Source: an uncultured Candidatus Poseidoniales archaeon
Lineage (GTDB): Archaea; Thermoplasmatota; Poseidoniia; Poseidoniales; Thalassarchaeaceae
DNA: 28,977 nt
Direction of reading: 5' to 3'
Assembly (NCBI GenBank): GCA_964645485.1
Contig: CAZXZO010000003.1
Location: 4,590-33,566 of the forward strand
Of the stretch, positions 7,728-17,239 are shown one piece after another. The notes under the pieces are model-generated. The model was not told where the DNA came from, ran no database searches, and worked only from the letters and a program-made list of their open reading frames with translations. The stretch's first letter is position 1, and each line of letters opens with the position of its first letter. A program made the position numbers and the translations under genes.

Positions 7728-7996
7728 TTGGCAATACTAGGCTCTCATCAAGTTAATTGTTGGAACAATTCTGCGATAATTGAGGGAGCTAATCCCAACA
7801 CGCATTCCTCTGAAATTATTGGCAAAACTAGGCTTTCATCAAGTTAATTGTTGGAACAATTCTGCGATAATTGAGGGAGCGAATCCCAACACGCATTCCT
7901 CTGAAATAATTGGCAAAACTAGGCTCTCATCAAGTTAATTGTTGGAACAATTCTGCGATAATTGAGGGAGCGAATCCCAACACGCATTCCTCTGAA
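7722..7996. repeat. Tandem array of three 91-bp units containing the 3' end of maf
   Basis: Units 7722-7812, 7813-7903 and 7904-7994 differ at only 4 positions; each contains AATTGTT-GG-AACAATT. Confidence 0.97.
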
Positions 7997-8559
7997 CCAT
8001 GGATTAGACTGGCATAGTCGCCCATCTGTCCAGCAAGGTCGTAAGCACCGGCTTTTCCGAGCCAACTTTTTGAATCTAACAACTCACTGAACTGATTATC
8101 TGTTAATTGACTGATTTCAACGGTTGCATGTTCAACAGAGGATTTTTCTTCCCAACTATCTCCTTTCTTCATCAAGAGAGTGGTTCCAGAGAAGACATTG
8201 TGCCGCCTTCCACTTAGCCGCATTAACATCCCTGCCGCTGATGCACGGTCATTTGGTTGACCTAATGACTGTTGGATATCATCTGGGTCTTCAACCAAGG
8301 TATCTGCTATTAGTACAAAATTGGGAATCTCAAATTCCCCAATCTCTTGGATGGCCATTTCAATTTTTGCCGCTTCAACTTTAGATGCCAATATTTTCTG
8401 AACTTGGGTTCTGACATCTAAGCCCGATTGAGGTAATTCCTCCTCACTTCGCAATCCCGCTGCACTAAAATCTACAATTTCTGCATCAAGGCGCACTTTT
8501 AGCCACTCATACCGGCGACTTGATGCACTCGCAAGGTGCAAATTACAACGGCTCATCAA
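7930..8559 (-). CDS. maf: Maf family nucleotide pyrophosphatase
   Basis: LASASSRR, IADTLV, LSGRRHNVFSG, KAGAY, CVLGF motifs. Confidence 0.88.
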   Translation of the reverse strand: MMSRCNLHLASASSRRYEWLKVRLDAEIVDFSAAGLRSEEELPQSGLDVRTQVQKILASKVEAAKIEMAIQEIGEFEIPNFVLIADTLVEDPDDIQQSLGQPNDRASAAGMLMRLSGRRHNVFSGTTLLMKKGDSWEEKSSVEHATVEISQLTDNQFSELLDSKSWLGKAGAYDLAGQMGDYASLIHGSEECVLGFAPSIIAELFQQLT

Positions 8560-8620
8560 CTACACGGGATGGGGAGCGCGTTTATCATGCGGACCATTGT
8601 AGGCCGGGTCGGGGAATAAG

Positions 8621-9343
8621 ATGAGCGGTACACAAGAACGGATTCCAACATACATATCGGGACTTGATGAAAAAATGCAAGGGGGTATCCCAAAGGGGCA
8701 TATCGTCCTCCTTGCAGGAGTATCAGGTTCAATGAAATCTAGTTTAGGATTCTCAATGTTATACAACGCAGTTATGGCAGGTAAAACCTCAGGAATTTAC
8801 GTGACTCTCGAACAAGGAAAGGACAGTTTAGCAAGTCACATGGCAGGAATGGGGATGGATGTCCAAGACCCTCGTGTACGAAGTAGAATCGCAATTATTG
8901 ATCTTGCAGATTTACGAGTTCAATTAGATGCACAAGGCATGTCCGACAGCGTTGATTGGATGGGACAACTCATCAAACAATTGGCTAATTATCGAGATAG
9001 CATTGGCTTTGAAGTGGTGGTTTTTGACAGCCTAGGAGCATTCTTTACTTTAACAAAGATGGAAAGCCCACGTGACGAAGTATTCCGCTTCTTCGAAGCA
9101 ATCCGCAGAATGGGATTAACTGGACTAATTATCTGTGAAATGATGGGTGAGGCAAAGAATCAATATGGGGAATTTGGAATTGAAGATTATCTCTCTGATG
9201 GTGTTATACATCTCACAATGGAACGTACAGGGGACGCAGTAGAAAGGAAGGTCTCGATTGTTAAGATGAGACACACAGACCACGTTCTTGGTTACCAGCC
9301 TTATCGCTGGGATTCAGGCAATAGTCGATTCACTGTAAACTGA
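8621..9343 (+). CDS. KaiC/RAD55-like RecA-superfamily ATPase (single domain)
   Basis: SGLDEKMQGGIP, Walker A GVSGSMKS, YVTLEQ, Walker B VVFDSL, DYLSDGVI, IVKMRHTDH. Confidence 0.88.
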   Translation: MSGTQERIPTYISGLDEKMQGGIPKGHIVLLAGVSGSMKSSLGFSMLYNAVMAGKTSGIYVTLEQGKDSLASHMAGMGMDVQDPRVRSRIAIIDLADLRVQLDAQGMSDSVDWMGQLIKQLANYRDSIGFEVVVFDSLGAFFTLTKMESPRDEVFRFFEAIRRMGLTGLIICEMMGEAKNQYGEFGIEDYLSDGVIHLTMERTGDAVERKVSIVKMRHTDHVLGYQPYRWDSGNSRFTVN

Positions 9344-9349
9344 ATCTAG

Positions 9350-11173
9350 TCACTCTACGGTAACTGACTTTGCAAGATTGCGAGGCTTGTCCACATCTTT
9401 ATCGAGTTCAACCGCTACATGATATGCCAACAATTGTAATGGCACAACTGTCAGCAGTGGTGAAATTACGCTATGAGTTGGTGGAACGGCGATTGCAATA
9501 TCTGCTTCCATAGCCGCTTCGTCATCACCTTCATCGTGAATCAGAATTATATTTGCACCTCTTGCTCGGCATTCTTGGACATTGGACAAGGTCTTAGCCC
9601 TAAATTTGTCATTAGGACAAATGACCACAACTGGGCTACCCTCTTCGAGTAACGCAATTGGACCATGTTTCATCTCTCCTGCTGGATATGCTAGACAAGG
9701 AATGTATGCAACTTCCATCAATTTCAAAGCGCCTTCTCTGGCAACTGGAGCAGATACACCACGGCCTAGGAAAAGGACATGCTTGGCATCTTTTACAGCC
9801 TCTACTGCAGACATAATCGGCCCTATATCCTGCAAATAATGTTCAATTTGGTCAGGAATTGAATTTAGTGCTTCAACTACCTTTTTGCCCTCTCTTTTTG
9901 TCAAGGACCTAGCACGACCAATTTGCAAACTGAAAATTGTCAATGATGCAACCATGTTAGAGAATGCTTTGGTAGAAGCAACTGCTTGTTCTGGGCCAGA
10001 ATGGATATACACACCCCGTCCACATTGGCGCGCAATTGATGAACCAACTACGTTGATGACACCCATCACTGTTCCACCTTTTAGTTGAATTTCTTTTACG
10101 GCTGAAAGTGTATCTGCAGTCTCACCTGATTGGCTTACTGCAAGGTACAGTGCTTCTGGAGAAATTACCGGGTCATTGTATCGGAATTCACTAGCGACGT
10201 GCGATTGAGTCGGGACTCTAGCCATAGTCTCAATCGCCAACCTCCCAACCTGACAAGCATGTAAAGCAGTACCACAACCAATCAATCTGATGTGAGGAAT
10301 CTTTAGCAAATTTTGAGCTGATAAATTCAACCCCCCTAACTTCCCATTTCCTTCCGAGAGAAGGGTTCTGCCTGAGATGCATTGGCGGAGTGATTCTGGT
10401 TGCTCGTGGATTTCTTTAAGCATGAAGTGGGGGAAATCTCCAATATCTGCAACCCCCCAACTTTGGTCAATTGTAGTGACTGTGGCATCGGTACTACCAC
10501 CATCAAGACGTGAAGTTTTGATATCGCCTGCTGTTAAAACTGCTAAATCACCATCTTCTAGAAAAATTACTCTTTGAGTGTGCGGGGTTAGCGCGTGAGG
10601 GTCACTCGCGACAAATGCTTCGCCATCACCAACTCCAACGACAAGAGGCGAGCCGTTTCTTGCACAAACAATCATCTGTTCATCCTCAAACAGAACACAC
10701 AATCCCCACGTACCACGTGCTTGCTTCAATGCACTTCTTACCGAATCTAGAGGATTTAACCCCTCACTACGGCCCATGTGAATCAAGTGGGCTAGAACTT
10801 CTGAATCAGTTTCTGACCTGAGTGTAATACCCTGAGAAGTTAACCAATTTCTCAATGCTCTTGAATTTTCAATGATTCCATTGTGAATAATAGCGACAGT
10901 TTCATCCTCTGAAAGATGAGGGTGTGCATTTTCTTTTGTTACGCCACCATGGGTTGCCCAGCGAGTATGTGCAATACCACAATTCCCGTCCATATCCTTA
11001 GGTAATATCGCCTCTAGATTAGCCACCCTACCAACACATTTTGAGTGTGATATTTTAGAATTGAGAATTGCAATCCCTGATGAGTCATAACCTCGATATT
11101 CAAGTCGACGTAATCCATTTATCAGGAGGGAGGTCGCTTGCTGGTTTCCTATATATCCAAAAATACCACACAT
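9350..11173 (-). CDS. glmS: Glutamine-fructose-6-phosphate aminotransferase (isomerizing)
   Basis: MCGIFG (N-terminal Cys), LEYRGYDSSG, HTRWATHG, SQSGETADT, GEMKHGP, KPRNLAKSVTVE. Confidence 0.98.
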   Translation of the reverse strand: MCGIFGYIGNQQATSLLINGLRRLEYRGYDSSGIAILNSKISHSKCVGRVANLEAILPKDMDGNCGIAHTRWATHGGVTKENAHPHLSEDETVAIIHNGIIENSRALRNWLTSQGITLRSETDSEVLAHLIHMGRSEGLNPLDSVRSALKQARGTWGLCVLFEDEQMIVCARNGSPLVVGVGDGEAFVASDPHALTPHTQRVIFLEDGDLAVLTAGDIKTSRLDGGSTDATVTTIDQSWGVADIGDFPHFMLKEIHEQPESLRQCISGRTLLSEGNGKLGGLNLSAQNLLKIPHIRLIGCGTALHACQVGRLAIETMARVPTQSHVASEFRYNDPVISPEALYLAVSQSGETADTLSAVKEIQLKGGTVMGVINVVGSSIARQCGRGVYIHSGPEQAVASTKAFSNMVASLTIFSLQIGRARSLTKREGKKVVEALNSIPDQIEHYLQDIGPIMSAVEAVKDAKHVLFLGRGVSAPVAREGALKLMEVAYIPCLAYPAGEMKHGPIALLEEGSPVVVICPNDKFRAKTLSNVQECRARGANIILIHDEGDDEAAMEADIAIAVPPTHSVISPLLTVVPLQLLAYHVAVELDKDVDKPRNLAKSVTVE

Positions 11174-11183
11174 AATACAAACC

Positions 11184-14100
11184 TCAAAGTTTTATTCGCT
11201 CCGCACACACAGGGCATTGTACGTGCTTCAATTCAATACTTTTGACTCTGAAATTTGCCCCACATTCACAAGTAACATCAATCCCAGGGGGAGGAGGCAG
11301 AGTTCCTAATTCCATCGGGGATGGAGGAGGTGGCAATTCACCATCCAATGCAGAGAGAGGTGGTGGAGATGGTAATTCTTCTATATCAGGCTCCGCACCT
11401 TTTAGCCGCTCTTGTCGTCTCTTTTGCCGTCGAGTCATTCCATCTTCCTGTTCAGGATTTTCGTCGTCAATAACGTCATTTTTACTGGGTTCTTCAAGTG
11501 ATTCAGGTGCTGATTCATCATCAATATCCTCGGTTTCAAATTTATCTGAGGAATCAATTTCTTTGGCTTCATCTTCTTCAATTAATGAGACATGGTCTTC
11601 ATCAACATCAATTACTTCTTCATCGTCTTCAATTTCAACTGTTAAAGCAGGACCTTTTCTACGGCGATGAGTGATTATTCCAGCAGATGCAAGGAATATC
11701 AACAAACAACCAACTGCTAAAGCAACTGCAAGAATTCTCACAGCCAATGCAAAGGTGCTTGCATCTAGGCCTGTCCATATCCTGATTGTATCGAGGATGC
11801 CATTATTTGGTGCTTCAATTGCACTATCATCAATTAGCATTCTAGCCCGCCAATCTTGAGTCGCAGAGAGATAAAACAAATGTGTTTCTCCTGCAATGTC
11901 AGACCGTCCTGCATTCATCAATTCGCCTTCACCGATTGGCGTACCGATTACTGTCTGATTCGCCTCAATAATTGAGTAAACAATTTGACGACCTGATGGG
12001 CCGACCGCATCGTGGAACATTTGGATTCCACGTTTGGTTTCTACAAACTGAATCATGCCCATTCCCGGTGCTGGTAGATGAACAACATCTTGTGTTTGCA
12101 TGCTGCTATCAGCCCTGATAACAACTAGGGTAGCATCTTGACCGGTTCCTTCACGCCATGCCATCACAATTACATCAGCATCATCTTTCTCATTTGCAAG
12201 AACTGCTAACTCACTAATTGTGGTTTGATCACCTACAGCAATTCGGAATGACCAGTTGCCTGTACCTAATCGACCATGGGCATAGAAAGTTCCAACCCTC
12301 TCAATTCCGGTTTCATCATCTCGGTTTGCTTGATAGGTGATGTGAGTCCAATCATCACCATGTGCTACTTTTACACTTCCTTCTCTATTAGTTGGTGGAA
12401 CTAAATTATCGACAACATCTTCAGTCAAATTCCAAGATTCGCGGTCAAGCGGAGATGCTGCTGCAAGTAGGAAGACAGAGGTCTCATCATCATAAGTTCC
12501 GCCAGTGAATAAATCACGATGGTATCCGCCAATGAGAACTTCACCACCGTCTACAGATAAGTCAATTCCCCAGTAGGTTCCTTCCGCTAGCATCAGTGCA
12601 GGCAACAAATCAAATTTTTCTGAGGCAGTACATGAGAGGTCAATTGATGAGAATGAGAGTGTTGAAAGGGTCACCCCAAATTGGTCAGTATACCTGCGAG
12701 TCCAACTGACATAAGCACTATCAGATTCACCATTATCTATGGAAAATTCACCGGCCCAGTCAATTTCCAATTCAAGGCAAGTTATCAAATCATATTGTGC
12801 ATTAATTCTGTGTACCCAAAGTGAAGAACCTTCGCCCGTGAACATCAGATTTTCTCCCCTAAGACCGAAGAACCCAAGCACTTCATGACCACCGGGTAGG
12901 TCCAAACTTCTTGCCCCCTGTAACTGAGCCTCATCGACTAGCAACGTGAATTCAAGTTGGTTATTATCTGGATTCAAATCTTGGCCACCTTCAAGAGAAA
13001 CGGTAGCCCGGAACTTCACCAATCCAGGGTCAAGAGTTCCTTCATGTAAAGTGAAAGGGACATCAACAAAACCTGCACCAGGTACAATATTCAGGCTACG
13101 CCCACTCTCCAATGACTCCCACCCCAAATCACTCCATTTTTCTAAACTGAATGTTGCGCCTGATGAGCCATCACCTGCGAGGTTTTCAACTCGGACCTGT
13201 AAAGTTACATCTCCATTTGGATTTGATACCGAAGGCTTGGTAATTGCCGCACCTTCACGTATTGCAAGATCTACACCACTAGGTCTGTTATTGATTGTGA
13301 AACTCGTTGAAGCGACATTGTTGTCTTCACGTGATTCCACTTCTTGGTCACCCGGGTCAATGACTACCTCAAGGTTATGAGAACCTTCTGTGGTTGGGTG
13401 GAATCCAAGATTTAGAGCGAGGGTTTTTGTTGAATCCAATTTACTAACTGTTTGAACTGCAACTTGAGAACCATCATCAAGTAGGATAACATCAAAGTTT
13501 CTTGCGTGAGCATCCCCACTATTGCGAATTGTGACCTCAGCATTTAGGAATGAGTTAACAAAAGCATCACTGAGAGGAATACCATTCTCTGAAATTACAA
13601 TTTCACTTACCGGCTCGAGGTCAGGTGCTGCTGGTATGTTGTCCACATTGAGATAGCGGTCAATTGGGTCACTGATTATGCCATTATCTGACACTAAACG
13701 AATGTAAAGCACCCATCCGCCGTCATAGACCTCAGTTGAATCCCAAGTTGCTGACCATTCCTTTGAATCACAATCATCTACATTTGGATTAAGGCAAACA
13801 TAAGGATATTCAATATTATCTGTTGCTAATTTCCAATCTCCTGCTGAACCTATTCGATATTCAATTCTCTGACCATAAACAGCCTTGTACTCACCCTTTA
13901 GTTCAACGTCTCCAGATACTGAGCCATGCCCACTTGGCTCAATTAGAGTTAGTGTGGTTTCACCTATTCTATACTCAGCCCATGCAGGTTGTGACCATCT
14001 TCCCAAATTATCTAATGCTCGGACCTCCATATAGAGTCCAGCACCGTCATGCCATAATTCAGGAGTGAAATCAAATGTCCAATTGTCAACACCACTTGCA

Positions 14101-16100
14101 TTTGACCAAGAAAATGCAGTTCTATTATTGAGTTCCCATTTCCCAGGGTATCCTGGTTGACTAGGTGGAATAGATTTCCAAGTCCAATAGGTATACCTTG
14201 CTGATACCTTAACTGATTCTATACTGGTATTTGAGTCGATTATATCCACTGCAGGAATTGACGCATTGCCACGCAAGCGGTAGGTGTCACCTACATTCAT
14301 CCATGTTCCATTATTCGGTAAATGTAGGTCTACCCAACGGCCACCACTTCCGCCACCACCAAGCGCCATTATGGCATCAACTCTCCCAAATCCTTCACTT
14401 GCATTCCATGATTGACCATTAATAGATACAATTTCATCGACAATAAATTCACTGTTATTCTGAAGAGCTGCTTTAACATCAGCCGGCTCAAAGTGAGGGT
14501 TCGCCTCTAAGATCAAAGCACACAATCCTGCTACTACTGGAGTTGACATACTAGTCCCAGACATCTCAGTATACGAATCATCGGCTAAAACGGTGCCACC
14601 GATAGGCCCGCTCGCTGCATGTTGAACTGAAGAAATATCAGTTCCCGGAGCAATCACATCTGGCTTCAACTCATCCCACGAGTCGCCATCACCATCATCT
14701 TGGCGTGGCCCATAATTTGAGTAATCTGCAACAGTATCGTCTGTTCTAATTACAGTGTCATGGTCATCTGACGCTGCAACAGCAATACAGCGGTCAGCAG
14801 AAGCTGGAGATGCAACATAGTTGGCGCCATCGTTGCCCATTGCACAAACGGGAACTATTCCAGCATCCCACGCATCATTGACCAAACGCGCCTCAGCATC
14901 TGAACCATTATCACCAGTATCTTGGCCACCTATTGGTGAGCGAGCCCGACCAAAAGACATTGACATAATATCAATGCCATTGCTTGAAGCATTATTTCCC
15001 CAATCTGTATTTTTGTTATTGATTGTCCAGTTCATACCAGCGATTGTGTACTGAGAATTTGACCGCCCAATGTCGGTGAACACCTTGACATCCACTAGGT
15101 AAGCCCCTGGCGCAATTCCGATGTGGTTGCGACTAGCATCGCCAGTCCCAAGAGCAATACCAGCAACATGTGAACCATGTCCTGCTGTATCGTCGGGGTC
15201 AACTGAACCATCTGTGGTTTGACTGTTGAGAGAATCTGTAGAATCAAATCCTGCTAACCATTTTTGGTCATCGTACGAATTTGCATCTGCATCAGGGTCA
15301 TCGTTCAAATCGTCAAAATCATTTAGAGAACGATGTTCATTATCAACACCTGAATCTAGAATTGCAATGACTACCCCGTCACCGCGAATACCCGACATAT
15401 CAGCACCACTTGTGTAGTTTTCACTACTTCTTGCTTTGATTGCTTTAGCGGCAACTGCCATCGAGGGGACCATCACGTTTTGTTGCTCAATCACCACAAC
15501 TCCTTGAAGGTGGTAAATATCCATTAATGCGCTTTGAGGAACTTTGTCAACAATTATTGAATCTATTTCACCTACTGTGAAAAATCTAGCACCACCCTCC
15601 TCACCTACCCAACCATGGTTGAGCAATATTTCTCGAACTTGGGCTAATTCCCTTTCTTCGGGGTGCCAAGCAAAATCAATTACAATAGCAAGGGTTAGTT
15701 CACCATCATCTCCAATAATTGCGGTTGGTGATTGAGAGGGGTAAACATCGGCCAAGATGTATTGGAGTCTGTCATCCATCCCATTCCAATCTAAATCCGG
15801 ACCATATCTAAACCACCATTGATGGTCTTCATGACTCCAACTGTCAACTGGGATATCAGGTAATCGAACAGGTGTTGGGCAAATTTCTGTTTGGGAACAA
15901 TACAGAGGTGGCAAGCCATCAACTAGAATTGGTGGTTGAGGAATTGGGGAAGTAAAGGTTGATGCATCAGTGGATGAGTTATCCAAAGAGGAATTTTGGT
16001 TAGCATAAGAAAAAACCATAGTGATGCTTGGAGCAAGCATCAACAAGACTAGGAGAATCGCGGTGTTATGAATCCGACTTGACAAGAACCAACCCCCCAA
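11184..16100 (-). CDS. Large membrane-anchored S8 (subtilisin-like) serine protease with Ig/CARDB-like domains
   Basis: Signal-like N-terminus; catalytic motifs ILDSG, GHGSHVAG, GTSMSTP; CARDB-like VTIRNSG..DPGDQEVESREDNN; C-terminal TM helix, acidic/Pro-rich tail and CxC..CPxC. Start codon uncertain. Confidence 0.9.
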   Translation of the reverse strand: MGGWFLSSRIHNTAILLVLLMLAPSITMVFSYANQNSSLDNSSTDASTFTSPIPQPPILVDGLPPLYCSQTEICPTPVRLPDIPVDSWSHEDHQWWFRYGPDLDWNGMDDRLQYILADVYPSQSPTAIIGDDGELTLAIVIDFAWHPEERELAQVREILLNHGWVGEEGGARFFTVGEIDSIIVDKVPQSALMDIYHLQGVVVIEQQNVMVPSMAVAAKAIKARSSENYTSGADMSGIRGDGVVIAILDSGVDNEHRSLNDFDDLNDDPDADANSYDDQKWLAGFDSTDSLNSQTTDGSVDPDDTAGHGSHVAGIALGTGDASRNHIGIAPGAYLVDVKVFTDIGRSNSQYTIAGMNWTINNKNTDWGNNASSNGIDIMSMSFGRARSPIGGQDTGDNGSDAEARLVNDAWDAGIVPVCAMGNDGANYVASPASADRCIAVAASDDHDTVIRTDDTVADYSNYGPRQDDGDGDSWDELKPDVIAPGTDISSVQHAASGPIGGTVLADDSYTEMSGTSMSTPVVAGLCALILEANPHFEPADVKAALQNNSEFIVDEIVSINGQSWNASEGFGRVDAIMALGGGGSGGRWVDLHLPNNGTWMNVGDTYRLRGNASIPAVDIIDSNTSIESVKVSARYTYWTWKSIPPSQPGYPGKWELNNRTAFSWSNASGVDNWTFDFTPELWHDGAGLYMEVRALDNLGRWSQPAWAEYRIGETTLTLIEPSGHGSVSGDVELKGEYKAVYGQRIEYRIGSAGDWKLATDNIEYPYVCLNPNVDDCDSKEWSATWDSTEVYDGGWVLYIRLVSDNGIISDPIDRYLNVDNIPAAPDLEPVSEIVISENGIPLSDAFVNSFLNAEVTIRNSGDAHARNFDVILLDDGSQVAVQTVSKLDSTKTLALNLGFHPTTEGSHNLEVVIDPGDQEVESREDNNVASTSFTINNRPSGVDLAIREGAAITKPSVSNPNGDVTLQVRVENLAGDGSSGATFSLEKWSDLGWESLESGRSLNIVPGAGFVDVPFTLHEGTLDPGLVKFRATVSLEGGQDLNPDNNQLEFTLLVDEAQLQGARSLDLPGGHEVLGFFGLRGENLMFTGEGSSLWVHRINAQYDLITCLELEIDWAGEFSIDNGESDSAYVSWTRRYTDQFGVTLSTLSFSSIDLSCTASEKFDLLPALMLAEGTYWGIDLSVDGGEVLIGGYHRDLFTGGTYDDETSVFLLAAASPLDRESWNLTEDVVDNLVPPTNREGSVKVAHGDDWTHITYQANRDDETGIERVGTFYAHGRLGTGNWSFRIAVGDQTTISELAVLANEKDDADVIVMAWREGTGQDATLVVIRADSSMQTQDVVHLPAPGMGMIQFVETKRGIQMFHDAVGPSGRQIVYSIIEANQTVIGTPIGEGELMNAGRSDIAGETHLFYLSATQDWRARMLIDDSAIEAPNNGILDTIRIWTGLDASTFALAVRILAVALAVGCLLIFLASAGIITHRRRKGPALTVEIEDDEEVIDVDEDHVSLIEEDEAKEIDSSDKFETEDIDDESAPESLEEPSKNDVIDDENPEQEDGMTRRQKRRQERLKGAEPDIEELPSPPPLSALDGELPPPPSPMELGTLPPPPGIDVTCECGANFRVKSIELKHVQCPVCAERIKL

Positions 16101-16117
16101 CGGAGTCTAAGACTCCG
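16101..16117. promoter_or_regulatory. Inverted repeat CGGAGTC-TAA-GACTCCG directly upstream of the S8 gene
   Basis: Perfect 7-bp arms; TATA-like ttatat on the minus strand at about 16130-16125. Confidence 0.4.
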
Positions 16118-16189
16118 AAGTGTGATATAAGCACGATTGAAGTCAGTTCACATAAAATGCTGTTACTCCATAGGAGTAAAATCATCAAT

Positions 16190-17239
16190 TTAAGGCCACA
16201 ACAAATGCTTGCGGCTCTTAGAACAAACAATTCGAGTGACTTCATCACTAATTTCTACATCTAATTCCGAGTCACACTCTGGACAACGGGCGACTTCTGA
16301 TAATTCTTCAAGCCAAGCCCGCCTAGTCTCTAATTCGTCTCCCTCTTCTCGCAACCTTTCAAGCACTTTTGCAGGCTTCCCAGTTAGAGGTTTTTCAGCA
16401 TCATCCCAAGGGTCAAATTTGAGTTCACCCATCTTTCTTTTTCGAGAAAATTCTTCTCCCTTCTCAGCCGCTCCCGCACTTGGCCCACGGTCACGAATTT
16501 CTGGTTCCGTGGGCCCACCCCGAGCAATTGTTCTGCCAAGTGCATAACACACAAAGAAACCACCCACATGAGCAAGGTGGGCGACTGAAGAAGTGCCTTG
16601 CCAACCACCATACAGCATACCGACTTGAAAAATTTCTATCCCAACTTTCAAAAGAGCAATCAAGGACACTGGCCACTTACGAATTAATACAAGAGGAAAC
16701 TCGATTTCATCCCTTGGCCAGCACGCCAAATATGTGCCAAGTAACCCAAACGCGGCTCCACTCGCCCCTAGTGCAAAACGGAATTCACCCCAGTGGGAAA
16801 ACCACCATGCAAGGTTCCCTGCGAGTACTCCAATGAGGTAAACTAGGAGGAATCTCTTTCTCCCTAAACGCTGTTCTAAAGGGACCCCTACCAAGGCAAT
16901 GACGAGGATGTTTCCAAGTATGTGCTGAATCACAATATCACTGCCGCCACGACCAACTGCGTGTAACCAGCCAGCTGTTAGTAATCGATGAAATTCTGAT
17001 GGTGAAGGTTGCCAAAGTGGATTGACTGCAAAGGCTACAGTTAGGAAATCCCGAGTAGCATCAAAATATTGTAGAATAGATTGGAATAGCCAGCAAGCAA
17101 GCAGTGAAATCACAATTGCCAACGATATCGGAATCCGTTGACGCCATGCATATGCGATGGGTGCAATTGCTAGGATGAGAAAAACTAGGACTAAACCCCA
17201 GCCAAGTATTGTCACACCTGCCCAGTCAAAACCAACCAT
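16190..17239 (-). CDS. Rhomboid intramembrane serine protease with C-terminal Cys-containing domain
   Basis: LLTAGWLH, HILGN, GASGA (catalytic Ser), AHLAHVGG (catalytic His); tail CPEC..C..H. Confidence 0.92.
   Translation of the reverse strand: MVGFDWAGVTILGWGLVLVFLILAIAPIAYAWRQRIPISLAIVISLLACWLFQSILQYFDATRDFLTVAFAVNPLWQPSPSEFHRLLTAGWLHAVGRGGSDIVIQHILGNILVIALVGVPLEQRLGRKRFLLVYLIGVLAGNLAWWFSHWGEFRFALGASGAAFGLLGTYLACWPRDEIEFPLVLIRKWPVSLIALLKVGIEIFQVGMLYGGWQGTSSVAHLAHVGGFFVCYALGRTIARGGPTEPEIRDRGPSAGAAEKGEEFSRKRKMGELKFDPWDDAEKPLTGKPAKVLERLREEGDELETRRAWLEELSEVARCPECDSELDVEISDEVTRIVCSKSRKHLLWP

Noticed and set aside
7927-7932. TGA TGA at the maf end as selenocysteine/readthrough
   Set aside because: The Maf domain is complete at the first TGA and a second stop follows immediately.
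7722-7996. CRISPR array
   Set aside because: The units are contiguous 91-bp near-identical copies with no unique spacers, they derive from the maf coding end, and no cas genes are present.
8560-8620. tRNA or structured RNA in GC-rich intergenic DNA
   Set aside because: No cloverleaf or TTCGA T-loop; too short once two promoters are allowed for. The same applies to 2808-2884.
11174-11183. glmS ribozyme/riboswitch
   Set aside because: Only 10 bp separate the S8 stop from the glmS start, and no conserved ribozyme core was seen.
11242-11670. 142-aa Ser/Gly-rich plus-strand ORF
   Set aside because: It is the antisense shadow of the low-complexity acidic/Pro-rich S8 tail.
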